From assembly GCF_009914755.1 (NCBI RefSeq), contig NC_060930.1: a DNA stretch of 64,000 nucleotides. The stretch is one strand, 5' to 3'. Origin of the DNA: the human T2T-CHM13v2.0 reference genome, Homo sapiens. Below are positions 40,269-55,200 of this stretch, one piece after another (position 1 is the first letter of the stretch; every line of letters begins with the position of its first letter). The translations under genes and the position numbers were made by a program. Under the pieces are notes generated by a model. The model had not been told where the DNA came from and made no database searches. It saw only the letters and a list, made by a program, of their open reading frames with translations.

Positions 40269-43200
40269 CCTCTTGAGAGAGCAGTTTGGAAACACTCTTT
40301 CTGTAGAATCAGCTTGTTTGTATTTGGACCTCCTTGAGGCCTTCGTTGGAAACGGGTTTTCATCTTATAAACCCAGACAGAAGAATTCTCAGAGTCTTCT
40401 TTGTGATGTGTGCTTTCAACTCACCGAGATAAAGATTTCTCTTGATAGAGCAATTTGGAAACACTCTTTTTGTAGAATTTGCAAGGGTACATTGAGAGCG
40501 CTTTCAGGCCTATGGTAGAAAAGGGAATATCTTTCCATAAAAGGTAGACAGAAGCAATCTCAGAAACTACTTTGTGATGTGTGCATTCAACTCACCGAGT
40601 GCAACGTTCCTCTTGACCGAGCAGTTTGGAAACATTGTTTCTGTAGAATCTGCAAGTGGATATTTGGACCTCTTTGAGGCCTTCGTTGGAAACGGGATTT
40701 CTTCCTATAAACCCAGACAGAAGAATTCTCAGAGACTTCTTTGTGATGTGTGAATTCAACTCACAGTGTGGATCCTTCCTTTTGATAGAGCAGTTTTGAA
40801 ACCCTGTTTTTGTAGTATTTCCAAGCGGATATTTGGAACGCCTTGAAGCGTATGGTAGAAAAGGAAATATCTTCCCATAAAACCTAGACAGAACCAATCT
40901 CAGAAACGACTTTGTGATGTCTGCATTCAAGTCACAGAGTTGAACATTTCTCTTGATAGAGCAGTTTTGAAACCCTCTTTCTGAAGGATCTGCAAGTGGA
41001 TATTTGGAACTCCTTTGGGTCTTCGTTGGAAACGGGATTTCTTCGTATAAATCTAGACAGAAGAATTCTCCGAAACTTCTTTGGTTGTGTGCATTCAAGT
41101 CACAGAGTGGAACCTTCCTTTGGATAGAGCAGTTTGAAACGCCGTGGTTGTAGTATTTCCAAGCGGATATTAGAGCGCCTTGAGGCCTATGGTAGAAAAG
41201 GAAATATCTTCCCATAAAACCTAGACGGAAGCAATCTCAGAAACTACTGTGTGATGGCTGCATTCCACACACACGGTGGAACATTTCTCTTGATAGAGCA
41301 GTTTTGAAACACTCTTTCTGTAGAATCTGCAAGTGGATAATTGGACCGCCTTGAGGCCTTCGTTGGAAACGGGATTTCTTCATGTTACTCTAGATAGAAG
41401 AATTCTCAAACACTGCTATGTGATGTTTGCATTCAAGTCACAGAGTGCAACATTCCTCTTGGTAGAGCAGTTGGGAAACACTCCTTTTGTAGAATCTGCA
41501 ATGGGATATTTGGACTTCTTTGAGGCCTTCGTTGGAAACGGGATTTCTTCGTATGAATCTAGACAGAAGAATTCTCAGAAACTTCCTTGTGATGTGTGCA
41601 TTCAACTCAGCGAGTGGCACCTTCCTTTGGATACAGCAGTTTTGAAACACTGTTTTTGTAGTATTTCCAAGCGGATATTTAGAGCGCCTTGAAGCCTATG
41701 CTAGAAATGGAAATATCTCCCCATAAAACCAAGACAGAAGCAATCTCAGAAACTAATGTGTGATGGCTGCATTCCACACACACGGTGGACCACTTCTCTT
41801 GATAGAGCAGTTTTGAAACACTCTTTCTGTAGAATCTGCAAGTGGATAATTGGACCTCCTAGAGGCCTTCGTTGGAAACGGGATTTCTTCATCTAAACCT
41901 ACAGAGAAGAATTCTCAGTAACTTCTTCGGATGTGTGCATTCGACGCACAGAATGGAACATTCCCTTTGATAGAGCAGTTTTGAGACACCGTTTTTGTAG
42001 AATTCCCAAGTGGATATTTAGAGCACTTTGAAGTCTCTGCTAGAAAAGGAAACATCTTCATGTAAAAAGTAGATAGAATCGTTCTCAGAAAGTGCTTAGT
42101 GACGTGTGCGTTCAACTCACAGAGTTTAACGTTTCTTTTGATAGAGCGTTTCTGAAACACCCTTCTTGTAGTAGCTGCAAGTGGATATTTGGACCTATTG
42201 GAGGCCTTCTTTGGAAATGGGATTTCTTCATGTAACTCTAGATTGAAGAGTTCTCAGAAACTCCTTTGTGATGTGTGCATTCAATTCAAAGAGTGAAACC
42301 TCCCTTTTCACAGAGCAGTTTTGAAACACTGTTTTTGTAGGATTTCCAAGGGGATATTTATAGCGCATTGAGCCTACGGCGGAAAAAGAAACATCTTCCT
42401 ATAAAAACTAGACAGAATACTTCTCAGAATCTGCTTTGCGATGTGTGCGTTCAACTCACAGAGTAAAACTTTTCTTTTGATAGAGCAGTTTTGAAACACT
42501 CTTTTTGTAGTATTTGCATGTGTATATTTAGAGCGCATTGAAGCCCACAGTAGAAAAGGAAATAACTTCACCTAAAACCTAGACAGAAGCAATCTCAGAA
42601 ACTACTTTGTGATGTGTACATTCAACTCACAGAGTGGAACTTTCCTCTTTATAGAGCAGTGTTGAAACACTCTTTTTGTAGAAACTGCAAGTGGATATTT
42701 GGACCTCTTTGAGGCCTTCGTTGGAAACGGGATTTCTTCCTATAACCCTAGACAGAAGAATTTTCAGAAACCTCATTGTGATGTGTGCGTTCATCTCACA
42801 GAGTGGAGTCTTCCGTTTGATAGAGAAGTTTTGAAACCCTGTTCTTGTAGGATTTCCAAGTGGATATTTAGACCACTTTGAAGCCTATGATAGAAAAGGA
42901 AACATCTTCATGGAAAACATAGATAGAATCATCCTCAGAAACAACTTTGTGATGTGTGCGTTGAACTCACCGTCTTTAACCTTTCTTTTGGTAGAGAAGT
43001 TTTGAAACACTCTCTTTGTAAAGTCTACAAGTGGATATTTTGAGCCCTTGGAGGCATTCTTTGGAAAAGGGAATGTCTTCACATAAAAGGCAGACGGAAG
43101 TGTTCTCAGAAACTGCTTTGTGATGTCTGTGTTCAACTCACAGAGTTTAACATTTCCTTTGATAGAGCGGTTTAGTAACCCTCTCTTTGTAGAATTTGGA

Positions 43201-46200
43201 AGTGTATACTAAGAGCGCTTTGAGGCCTATGGTAGAAAAGGAAATATCTTTCCATAAAAGCTAGACAGAAGCAATCTCAGAAACTCCTTTGTGATGTCTG
43301 CATTCAACTCACCGAGTGGAACATTCCTCTTGAGAGAGCAGTTTGGAAACACTCTTTCTGTAGAATCAGCTTGTTTGTATTTGGACCTCCTTGAGGCCTT
43401 CGTTGGAAACGGGTTTTCATCTTATAAACCCAGACAGAAGAATTCTCAGAGTCTTCTTTGTGATGTGTGCTTTCAACTCACCGAGATAAAGATTTCTCTT
43501 GATAGAGCAATTTGGAAACACTCTTTTTGTAGAATTTGCAAGGGTACATTGAGAGCGCTTTCAGGCCTATGGTAGAAAAGGGAATATCTTTCCATAAAAG
43601 GTAGACAGAAGCAATCTCAGAAACTACTTTGTGATGTGTGCATTCAACTCACCGAGTGCAACGTTCCTCTTGACCGAGCAGTTTGGAAACATTGTTTCTG
43701 TAGAATCTGCAAGTGGATATTTGGACCTCTTTGAGGCCTTCGTTGGAAACGGGATTTCTTCCTATAAACCCAGACAGAAGAATTCTCAGAGACTTCTTTG
43801 TGATGTGTGAATTCAACTCACAGTGTGGATCCTTCCTTTTGATAGAGCAGTTTTGAAACCCTGTTTTTGTAGTATTTCCAAGCGGATATTTGGAACGCCT
43901 TGAAGCGTATGGTAGAAAAGGAAATATCTTCCCATAAAACCTAGACAGAACCAATCTCAGAAACGACTTTGTGATGTCTGCATTCAAGTCACAGAGTTGA
44001 ACATTTCTCTTGATAGAGCAGTTTTGAAACCCTCTTTCTGAAGGATCTGCAAGTGGATATTTGGAACTCCTTTGGGTCTTCGTTGGAAACGGGATTTCTT
44101 CGTATAAATCTAGACAGAAGAATTCTCAGAAACTTCCTTGTGATGTGTGCATTCAACTCAGCGAGTGGCACCTTCCTTTGGATACAGCAGTTTTGAAACA
44201 CTGTTTTTGTAGTATTTCCAAGCGGATATTTAGAGCGCCTTGAAGCCTATGCTAGAAATGGAAATATCTCCCCATAAAACCAAGACGGAAGCAATCTCAG
44301 AAACTAATGTGTGATGGCTGCATTCCACACACACGGTGGACCATTTCTCTTGATAGAGCAGTTTTGAAACACTCTTTCTGTAGAATCTGCAAGTGGATAA
44401 TTGGACCTCCGAGAGGCCTTCGTTGGAAACGGGATTTCTTCATCTAAACCTACAGAGAAGTATTCTCAGTAACTTCTTCGGATGTGTGCATTCGACGCAC
44501 AGAATGGAACATTCCCTTTGATAGAGCAGTTTTGAGACACCGTTTTTGTAGAATTCCCAAGTGGATATTTAGAGCACTTTGAAGTCTCTGCTAGAAAAGG
44601 AAACATCATCATGTAAAAAGTAGATAGAATCGTTCTCAGAAAGTGCTTAGTGTCGTGTGCGTTCAACTCACAGAGTTTAACGTTTCTTTTGATAGAGCGT
44701 TTCTGAAACACCCTTCTTGTAGTAGCTGCAAGTGGATATTTGGACCTATTGGAGGCCTTCTTTGGAAACGGGATTTCTTCATGTAACTCTAGATTGAAGA
44801 ATTCTCAGAAACTCCTTTGTGATGTGTGCATTCAATTCAAAGAGTGAAACCTCTCTTTTCACAGAGCAGTTTTGAAACACTGTTTTTGTAGGATTTCCAA
44901 GGGGATATTTATAGCGCATTGAGCCTACGGCGGAAAAAGAAACATCTTCCTATAAAAACTAGACAGAATACTTCTCAGAATCTGCTTTGCGATGTGTGCG
45001 TTCAACTCACAGAGTAAAACTTTTCTTTTGATAGAGCAGTTTTGAAACACTCTTTTTGTAGTATTTGCATGTGTATATTTAGAGCGCATTGAAGCCCACA
45101 GTAGAAAAGGAAATAACTTCACCTAAAACCTAGACAGAAGCAATCTCAGAAACTACTTTGTGATGTGTACATTCAACTCACAGAGTGGAACTTTCCTCTT
45201 TATAGAGCAGTGTTGAAACACTCTTTTTGTAGAAACTGCAAGTGGATATTTGGACCTCTTTGAGGCCTTCGTTGGAAACGGGATTTCTTCCTATAACCCT
45301 AGACAGAAGAATTTTCAGAAACCTCATTGTGATGTGTGCGTTCATCTCACAGAGTGGAGTCTTCCGTTTGATAGAGAAGTTTTGAAACCCTGTTCTTGTA
45401 GGATTTCCAAGTGGATATTTAGACCACTTTGAAGCCTATGATAGAAAAGGAAACATCTTCATGGAAAACATAGATAGAATCATCCTCAGAAACAACTTTG
45501 TGATGTGTGCGTTGAACTCACCGTCTTTAACCTTTCTTTTGGTAGAGAAGTTTTGAAACACTCTCTTTGTAAAGTCTACAAGTGGATATTTTGAGCCCTT
45601 GGAGGCATTCTTTGGAAAAGGGAATGTCTTCACATAAAAGGCAGACGGAAGTGTTCTCAGAAACTGCTTTGTGATGTCTGTGTTCAACTCACAGAGTTTA
45701 ACATTTCCTTTGATAGAGCGGTTTAGTAACCCTCTCTTTGTAGAATTTGGAAGTGTATACTAAGAGCGCTTTGAGGCCTATGGTAGAAAAGGAAATATCT
45801 TTCCATAAAAGCTAGACAGAAGCAATCTCAGAAACTCCTTTGCGATGTCTGCATTCAACTCACCGAGTGGAACATTCCTCTTGAGAGAGCAGTTTGGAAA
45901 CACTCTTTCTGTAGAATCAGCTTGTTTGTATTTGGACCTCCTTGAGGCCTTCGTTGGAAACGGGTTTTCATCTTATAAACCCAGACAGAAGAATTCTCAG
46001 AGTCTTCTTTGTGATGTGTGCTTTCAACTCACCGAGATAAAGATTTCTCTTGATAGAGCAATTTGGAAACACTCTTTTTGTAGAATTTGCAAGGGTACAT
46101 TGAGAGCGCTTTCAGGCCTATGGTAGAAAAGGGAATATCTTTCCATAAAAGGTAGACAGAAGCAATCTCAGAAACTACTTTGTGATGTGTGCATTCAACT

Positions 46201-49200
46201 CACCGAGTGCAACGTTCCTCTTGACCGAGCAGTTTGGAAACATTGTTTCTGTAGAATCTGCAAGTGGATATTTGGACCTCTTTGAGGCCTTCGTTGGAAA
46301 CGGGATTTCTTCCTATAAACCCAGACAGAAGAATTCTCAGAGACTTCTTTGTGATGTGTGAATTCAACTCACAGTGTGGATCCTTCCTTTTGATAGAGCA
46401 GTTTTGAAACCCTGTTTTTGTAGTATTTCCAAGCGGATATTCGGAACGCCTTGAAGCGTATGGTAGAAAAGGAAATATCTTCCCATAAAACCTAGACAGA
46501 ACCAATCTCAGAAACGACTTTGTGATGTCTGCATTCAAGTCACAGAGTTGAACATTTCTCTTGATAGAGCAGTTTTGAAACCCTCTTTCTGAAGGATCTG
46601 CAAGTGGATATTTGGAACTCCTTTGGGTCTTCGTTGGAAACGGGATTTCTTCGTATAAATCTAGACAGAAGAATTCTCCGAAACTTCTTTGGTTGTGTGC
46701 ATTCAAGTCACAGAGTGGAACCTTCCTTTGGATAGAGCAGTTTGAAACGCCGTGGTTGTAGTATTTCCAAGCGGATATTAGAGCGCCTTGAGGCCTATGG
46801 TAGAAAAGGAAATATCTTCCCATAAAACCTAGACGGAAGCAATCTCAGAAACTACTGTGTGATGGCTGCATTCCACACACACGGTGGAACATTTCTCTTG
46901 ATAGAGCAGTTTTGAAACACTCTTTCTGTAGAATCTGCAAGTGGATAATTGGACCGCCTTGAGGCCTTCGTTGGAAACGGGATTTCTTCATGTTACTCTA
47001 GATAGAAGAATTCTCAAACACTGCTATGTGATGTTTGCATTCAAGTCACAGAGTGCAACATTCCTCTTGGTAGAGCAGTTGGGAAACACTCCTTTTGTAG
47101 AATCTGCAATGGGATATTTGGACTTCTTTGAGGCCTTCGTTGGAAACGGGATTTCTTCGTATGAATCTAGACAGAAGAATTCTCAGAAACTTCCTTGTGA
47201 TGTGTGCATTCAACTCAGCGAGTGGCACCTTCCTTTGGATACAGCAGTTTTGAAACACTGTTTTTGTAGTATTTCCAAGCGGATATTTAGAGCGCCTTGA
47301 AGCCTATGCTAGAAATGGAAATATCTCCCCATAAAACCAAGACAGAAGCAATCTCAGAAACTAATGTGTGATGGCTGCATTCCACACACACGGTGGACCA
47401 TTTCTCTTGATAGAGCAGTTTTGAAACACTCTTTCTGTAGAATCTGCAAGTGGATAATTGGACCTCCTAGAGGCCTTCGTTGGAAACGGGATTTCTTCAT
47501 CTAAACCTACAGAGAAGAATTCTCAGTAACTTCTTCGGATGTGTGCATTCGACGCACAGAATGGAACATTCCCTTTGATAGAGCAGTTTTGAGACACCGT
47601 TTTTGTAGAATTCCCAAGTGGATATTTAGAGCACTTTGAAGTCTCTGCTAGAAAAGGAAACATCTTCATGTAAAAAGTAGATAGAATCGTTCTCAGAAAG
47701 TGCTTAGTGACGTGTGCGTTCAACTCACAGAGTTTAACGTTTCTTTTGATAGAGCGTTTCTGAAACACCCTTCTTGTAGTAGCTGCAAGTGGATATTTGG
47801 ACCTATTGGAGGCCTTCTTTGGAAACGGGATTTCTTCATGTAACTCTAGATTGAAGAGTTCTCAGAAACTCCTTTGTGATGTGTGCATTCAATTCAAAGA
47901 GTGAAACCTCCCTTTTCACAGAGCAGTTTTGAAACACTGTTTTTGTAGGATTTCCAAGGGGATATTTATAGCGCATTGAGCCTACGGCGGAAAAAGAAAC
48001 ATCTTCCTATAAAAACTAGACAGAATACTTCTCAGAATCTGCTTTGCGATGTGTGCGTTCAACTCACAGAGTAAAACTTTTCTTTTGATAGAGCAGTTTT
48101 GAAACACTCTTTTTGTAGTATTTGCATGTGTATATTTAGAGCGCATTGAAGCCCACAGTAGAAAAGGAAATAACTTCACCTAAAACCTAGACAGAAGCAA
48201 TCTCAGAAACTACTTTGTGATGTGTACATTCAACTCACAGAGTGGAACTTTCCTCTTTATAGAGCAGTGTTGAAACACTCTTTTTGTAGAAACTGCAAGT
48301 GGATATTTGGACCTCTTTGAGGCCTTCGTTGGAAACGGGATTTCTTCCTATAACCCTAGACAGAAGAATTTTCAGAAACCTCATTGTGATGTGTGCGTTC
48401 ATCTCACAGAGTGGAGTCTTCCGTTTGATAGAGAAGTTTTGAAACCCTGTTCTTGTAGGATTTCCAAGTGGATATTTAGACCACTTTGAAGCCTATGATA
48501 GAAAAGGAAACATCTTCATGGAAAACATAGATAGAATCATCCTCAGAAACAACTTTGTGATGTGTGCGTTGAACTCACCGTCTTTAACCTTTCTTTTGGT
48601 AGAGAAGTTTTGAAACACTCTCTTTGTAAAGTCTACAAGTGGATATTTTGAGCCCTTGGAGGCATTCTTTGGAAAAGGGAATGTCTTCACATAAAAGGCA
48701 GACGGAAGTGTTCTCAGAAACTGCTTTGTGATGTCTGTGTTCAACTCACAGAGTTTAACATTTCCTTTGATAGAGCGGTTTAGTAACCCTCTCTTTGTAG
48801 AATTTGGAAGTGTATACTAAGAGCGCTTTGAGGCCTATGGTAGAAAAGGAAATATCTTTCCATAAAAGCTAGACAGAAGCAATCTCAGAAACTCCTCTGT
48901 GATGTCTGCATTCAACTCACCGAGTGGAACATTCCTCTTGAGAGAGCAGTTTGGAAACACTCTTTCTGTAGAATCAGCTTGTTTGTATTTGGACCTCCTT
49001 GAGGCCTTCGTTGGAAACGGGTTTTCATCTTATAAACCCAGACAGAAGAATTCTCAGAGTCTTCTTTGTGATGTGTGCTTTCAACTCACCGAGATAAAGA
49101 TTTCTCTTGATAGAGCAATTTGGAAACACTCTTTTTGTAGAATTTGCAAGGGTACATTGAGAGCGCTTTCAGGCCTATGGTAGAAAAGGGAATATCTTTC

Positions 49201-52200
49201 CATAAAAGGTAGACAGAAGCAATCTCAGAAACTACTTTGTGATGTGTGCATTCAACTCACCGAGTGCAACGTTCCTCTTGACCGAGCAGTTTGGAAACAT
49301 TGTTTCTGTAGAATCTGCAAGTGGATATTTGGACCTCTTTGAGGCCTTCGTTGGAAACGGGATTTCTTCCTATAAACCCAGACAGAAGAATTCTCAGAGA
49401 CTTCTTTGTGATGTGTGAATTCAACTCACAGTGTGGATCCTTCCTTTTGATAGAGCAGTTTTGAAACCCTGTTTTTGTAGTATTTCCAAGCGGATATTTG
49501 GAACGCCTTGAAGCGTATGGTAGAAAAGGAAATATCTTCCCATAAAACCTAGACAGAACCAATCTCAGAAACGACTTTGTGATGTCTGCATTCAAGTCAC
49601 AGAGTTGAACATTTCTCTTGATAGAGCAGTTTTGAAACCCTCTTTCTGAAGGATCTGCAAGTGGATATTTGGAACTCCTTTGGGTCTTCGTTGGAAACGG
49701 GATTTCTTCGTATAAATCTAGACAGAAGAATTCTCCGAAACTTCCTTGTGATGTGTGCATTCAACTCAGCGAGTGGCACCTTCCTTTGGATACAGCAGTT
49801 TTGAAACACTGTTTTTGTAGTATTTCCAAGCGGATATTTAGAGCGCCTTGAAGCCTATGCTAGAAATGGAAATATCTCCCCATAAAACCAAGACGGAAGC
49901 AATCTCAGAAACTAATGTGTGATGGCTGCATTCCACACACACGGTGGACCATTTCTCTTGATAGAGCAGTTTTGAAACACTCTTTCTGTAGAATCTGCAA
50001 GTGGATAATTGGACCTCCGAGAGGCCTTCGTTGGAAACGGGATTTCTTCATCTAAACCTACAGAGAAGTATTCTCAGTAACTTCTTCGGATGTGTGCATT
50101 CGACGCACAGAATGGAACATTCCCTTTGATAGAGCAGTTTTGAGACACCGTTTTTGTAGAATTCCCAAGTGGATATTTAGAGCACTTTGAAGTCTCTGCT
50201 AGAAAAGGAAACATCATCATGTAAAAAGTAGATAGAATCGTTCTCAGAAAGTGCTTAGTGTCGTGTGCGTTCAACTCACAGAGTTTAACGTTTCTTTTGA
50301 TAGAGCGTTTCTAAAACACCCTTCTTGTAGTAGCTGCAAGTGGATATTTGGACCTATTGGAGGCCTTCTTTGGAAATGGGATTTCTTCATGTAACTCTAG
50401 ATTGAAGAATTCTCAGAAACTCCTTTGTGATGTGTGCATTCAATTCAAAGAGTGAAACCTCTCTTTTCACAGAGCAGTTTTGAAACACTGTTTTTGTAGG
50501 ATTTCCAAGGGGATATTTATAGCGCATTGAGCCTACGGCGGAAAAAGAAACATCTTCCTATAAAAACTAGACAGAATACTTCTCAGAATCTGCTTTGCGA
50601 TGTGTGCGTTCAACTCACAGAGTAAAACTTTTCTTTTGATAGAGCAGTTTTGAAACACTCTTTTTGTAGTATTTGCATGTGTATATTTAGAGCGCATTGA
50701 AGCCCACAGTAGAAAAGGAAATAACTTCACCTAAAACCTAGACAGAAGCAATCTCAGAAACTACTTTGTGATGTGTACATTCAACTCACAGAGTGGAACT
50801 TTCCTCTTTATAGAGCAGTGTTGAAACACTCTTTTTGTAGAAACTGCAAGTGGATATTTGGACCTCTTTGAGGCCTTCGTTGGAAACGGGATTTCTTCCT
50901 ATAACCCTAGACAGAAGAATTTTCAGAAACCTCATTGTGATGTGTGCGTTCATCTCACAGAGTGGAGTCTTCCGTTTGATAGAGAAGTTTTGAAACCCTG
51001 TTCTTGTAGGATTTCCAAGTGGATATTTAGACCACTTTGAAGCCTATGATAGAAAAGGAAACATCTTCATGGAAAACATAGATAGAATCATCCTCAGAAA
51101 CAACTTTGTGATGTGTGCGTTGAACTCACCGTCTTTAACCTTTCTTTTGGTAGAGAAGTTTTGAAACACTCTCTTTGTAAAGTCTACAAGTGGATATTTT
51201 GAGCCCTTGGAGGCATTCTTTGGAAAAGGGAATGTCTTCACATAAAAGGCAGACAGAAGTGTTCTCAGAAACTGCTTTGTGATGTCTGTGTTCAACTCAC
51301 AGAGTTTAACATTTCCTTTGATAGAGCGGTTTAGTAACCCTCTCTTTGTAGAATTTGGAAGTGTATACTAAGAGCGCTTTGAGGCCTATGGTAGAAAAGG
51401 AAATATCTTTCCATAAAAGCTAGACAGAAGCAATCTCAGAAACTCCTTTGCGATGTCTGCATTCAACTCACCGAGTGGAACATTCCTCTTGAGAGAGCAG
51501 TTTGGAAACACTCTTTCTGTAGAATCAGCTTGTTTGTATTTGGACCTCCTTGAGGCCTTCGTTGGAAACGGGTTTTCATCTTATAAACCCAGACAGAAGA
51601 ATTCTCAGAGTCTTCTTTGTGATGTGTGCTTTCAACTCACCGAGATAAAGATTTCTCTTGATAGAGCAATTTGGAAACACTCTTTTTGTAGAATTTGCAA
51701 GGGTACATTGAGAGCGCTTTCAGGCCTATGGTAGAAAAGGGAATATCTTTCCATAAAAGGTAGACAGAAGCAATCTCAGAAACTACTTTGTGATGTGTGC
51801 ATTCAACTCACCGAGTGCAACGATCCTCTTGACCGAGCAGTTTGGAAACATTGTTTCTGTAGAATCTGCAAGTGGATATTTGGACCTCTTTGAGGCCTTC
51901 GTTGGAAACGGGATTTCTTCCTATAAACCCAGACAGAAGAATTCTCAGAGACTTCTTTGTGATGTGTGAATTCAACTCACAGTGTGGATCCTTCCTTTTG
52001 ATAGAGCAGTTTTGAAACCCTGTTTTTGTAGTATTTCCAAGCGGATATTTGGAACGCCTTGAAGCGTATGGTAGAAAAGGAAATATCTTCCCATAAAACC
52101 TAGACAGAACCAATCTCAGAAACGACTTTGTGATGTCTGCATTCAAGTCACAGAGTTGAACATTTCTCTTGATAGAGCAGTTTTGAAACCCTCTTTCTGA

Positions 52201-55200
52201 AGGATCTGCAAGTGGATATTTGGAACTCCTTTGGGTCTTCGTTGGAAACGGGATTTCTTCGTATAAATCTAGACAGAAGAATTCTCCGAAACTTCTTTGG
52301 TTGTGTGCATTCAAGTCACAGAGTGGAACCTTCCTTTGGATAGAGCAGTTTGAAACGCCGTGGTTGTAGTATTTCCAAGCGGATATTAGAGCGCCTTGAG
52401 GCCTATGGTAGAAAAGGAAATATCTTCCCATAAAACCTAGACGGAAGCAATCTCAGAAACTACTGTGTGATGGCTGCATTCCACACACACGGTGGAACAT
52501 TTCTCTTGATAGAGCAGTTTTGAAACACTCTTTCTGTAGAATCTGCAAGTGGATAATTGGACCGCGTTGAGGCCTTCGTTGGAAACGGGATTTCTTCATG
52601 TTACTCTAGATAGAAGAATTCTCAAACACTGCTATGTGATGTTTGCATTCAAGTCACAGAGTGCAACATTCCTCTTGGTAGAGCAGTTGGGAAACACTCC
52701 TTTTGTAGAATCTGCAATGGGATATTTGGACTTCTTTGAGGCCTTCGTTGGAAACGGGATTTCTTCGTATGAATCTAGACAGAAGAATTCTCAGAAACTT
52801 CCTTGTGATGTGTGCATTCAACTCAGCGAGTGGCACCTTCCTTTGGATACAGCAGTTTTGAAACACTGTTTTTGTAGTATTTCCAAGCGGATATTTAGAG
52901 CGCCTTGAAGCCTATGCTAGAAATGGAAATATCTCCCCATAAAACCAAGACAGAAGCAATCTCAGAAACTAATGTGTGATGGCTGCATTCCACACACACG
53001 GTGGACCATTTCTCTTGATAGAGCAGTTTTGAAACACTCTTTCTGTAGAATCTGCAAGTGGATAATTGGACCTCCTAGAGGCCTTCGTTGGAAACGGGAT
53101 TTCTTCATCTAAACCTACAGAGAAGAATTCTCAGTAACTTCTTCGGATGTGTGCATTCGACGCACAGAATGGAACATTCCCTTTGATAGAGCAGTTTTGA
53201 GACACCGTTTTTGTAGAATTCCCAAGTGGATATTTAGAGCACTTTGAAGTCTCTGCTAGAAAAGGAAACATCTTCATGTAAAAAGTAGATAGAATCGTTC
53301 TCAGAAAGTGCTTAGTGACGTGTGCGTTCAACTCACAGAGTTTAACGTTTCTTTTGATAGAGCGTTTCTGAAACACCCTTCTTGTAGTAGCTGCAAGTGG
53401 ATATTTGGACCTATTGGAGGCCTTCTTTGGAAATGGGATTTCTTCATGTAACTCTAGATTGAAGAGTTCTCAGAAACTCCTTTGTGATGTGTGCATTCAA
53501 TTCAAAGAGTGAAACCTCCCTTTTCACAGAGCAGTTTTGAAACACTGTTTTTGTAGGATTTCCAAGGGGATATTTATAGCGCATTGAGCCTACGGCGGAA
53601 AAAGAAACATCTTCCTATAAAAACTAGACAGAATACTTCTCAGAATCTGCTTTGCGATGTGTGCGTTCAACTCACAGAGTAAAACTTTTCTTTTGATAGA
53701 GCAGTTTTGAAACACTCTTTTTGTAGTATTTGCATGTGTATATTTAGAGCGCATTGAAGCCCACAGTAGAAAAGGAAATAACTTCACCTAAAACCTAGAC
53801 AGAAGCAATCTCAGAAACTACTTTGTGATGTGTACATTCAACTCACAGAGTGGAACTTTCCTCTTTATAGAGCAGTGTTGAAACACTCTTTTTGTAGAAA
53901 CTGCAAGTGGATATTTGGACCTCTTTGAGGCCTTCGTTGGAAACGGGATTTCTTCCTATAACCCTAGACAGAAGAATTTTCAGAAACCTCATTGTGATGT
54001 GTGCGTTCATCTCACAGAGTGGAGTCTTCCGTTTGATAGAGAAGTTTTGAAACCCTGTTCTTGTAGGATTTCCAAGTGGATATTTAGACCACTTTGAAGC
54101 CTATGATAGAAAAGGAAACATCTTCATGGAAAACATAGATAGAATCATCCTCAGAAACAACTTTGTGATGTGTGCGTTGAACTCACCGTCTTTAACCTTT
54201 CTTTTGGTAGAGAAGTTTTGAAACACTCTCTTTGTAAAGTCTACAAGTGGATATTTTGAGCCCTTGGAGGCATTCTTTGGAAAAGGGAATGTCTTCACAT
54301 AAAAGGCAGACGGAAGTGTTCTCAGAAACTGCTTTGTGATGTCTGTGTTCAACTCACAGAGTTTAACATTTCCTTTGATAGAGCGGTTTAGTAACCCTCT
54401 CTTTGTAGAATTTGGAAGTGTATACTAAGAGCGCTTTGAGGCCTATGGTAGAAAAGGAAATATCTTTCCATAAAAGCTAGACAGAAGCAATCTCAGAAAC
54501 TCCTTTGCGATGTCTGCATTCAACTCACCGAGTGGAACATTCCTCTTGAGAGAGCAGTTTGGAAACACTCTTTCTGTAGAATCAGCTTGTTTGTATTTGG
54601 ACCTCCTTGAGGCCTTCGTTGGAAACGGGTTTTCATCTTATAAACCCAGACAGAAGAATTCTCAGAGTCTTCTTTGTGATGTGTGCTTTCAACTCACCGA
54701 GATAAAGATTTCTCTTGATAGAGCAATTTGGAAACACTCTTTTTGTAGAATTTGCAAGGGTACATTGAGAGCGCTTTCAGGCCTATGGTAGAAAAGGGAA
54801 TATCTTTCCATAAAAGGTAGACAGAAGCAATCTCAGAAACTACTTTGTGATGTGTGCATTCAACTCACCGAGTGCAACGTTCCTCTTGACCGAGCAGTTT
54901 GGAAACATTGTTTCTGTAGAATCTGCAAGTGGATATTTGGACCTCTTTGAGGCCTTCGTTGGAAATGGGATTTCTTCCTATAAACCCAGACAGAAGAATT
55001 CTCAGAGACTTCTTTGTGATGTGTGAATTCAACTCACAGTGTGGATCCTTCCTTTTGATAGAGCAGTTTTGAAACCCTGTTTTTGTAGTATTTCCAAGCG
55101 GATATTTGGAACGCCTTGAAGCGTATGGTAGAAAAGGAAATATCTTCCCATAAAACCTAGACAGAACCAATCTCAGAAACGACTTTGTGATGTCTGCATT

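Noticed and set aside
49257-49760. Unique 167-aa ORF in unit 18 (and the 74-aa ORF at 20269-20493)
   Set aside because: Each arises from a single SNV removing a stop codon; useful as a variant marker, not evidence of a gene.
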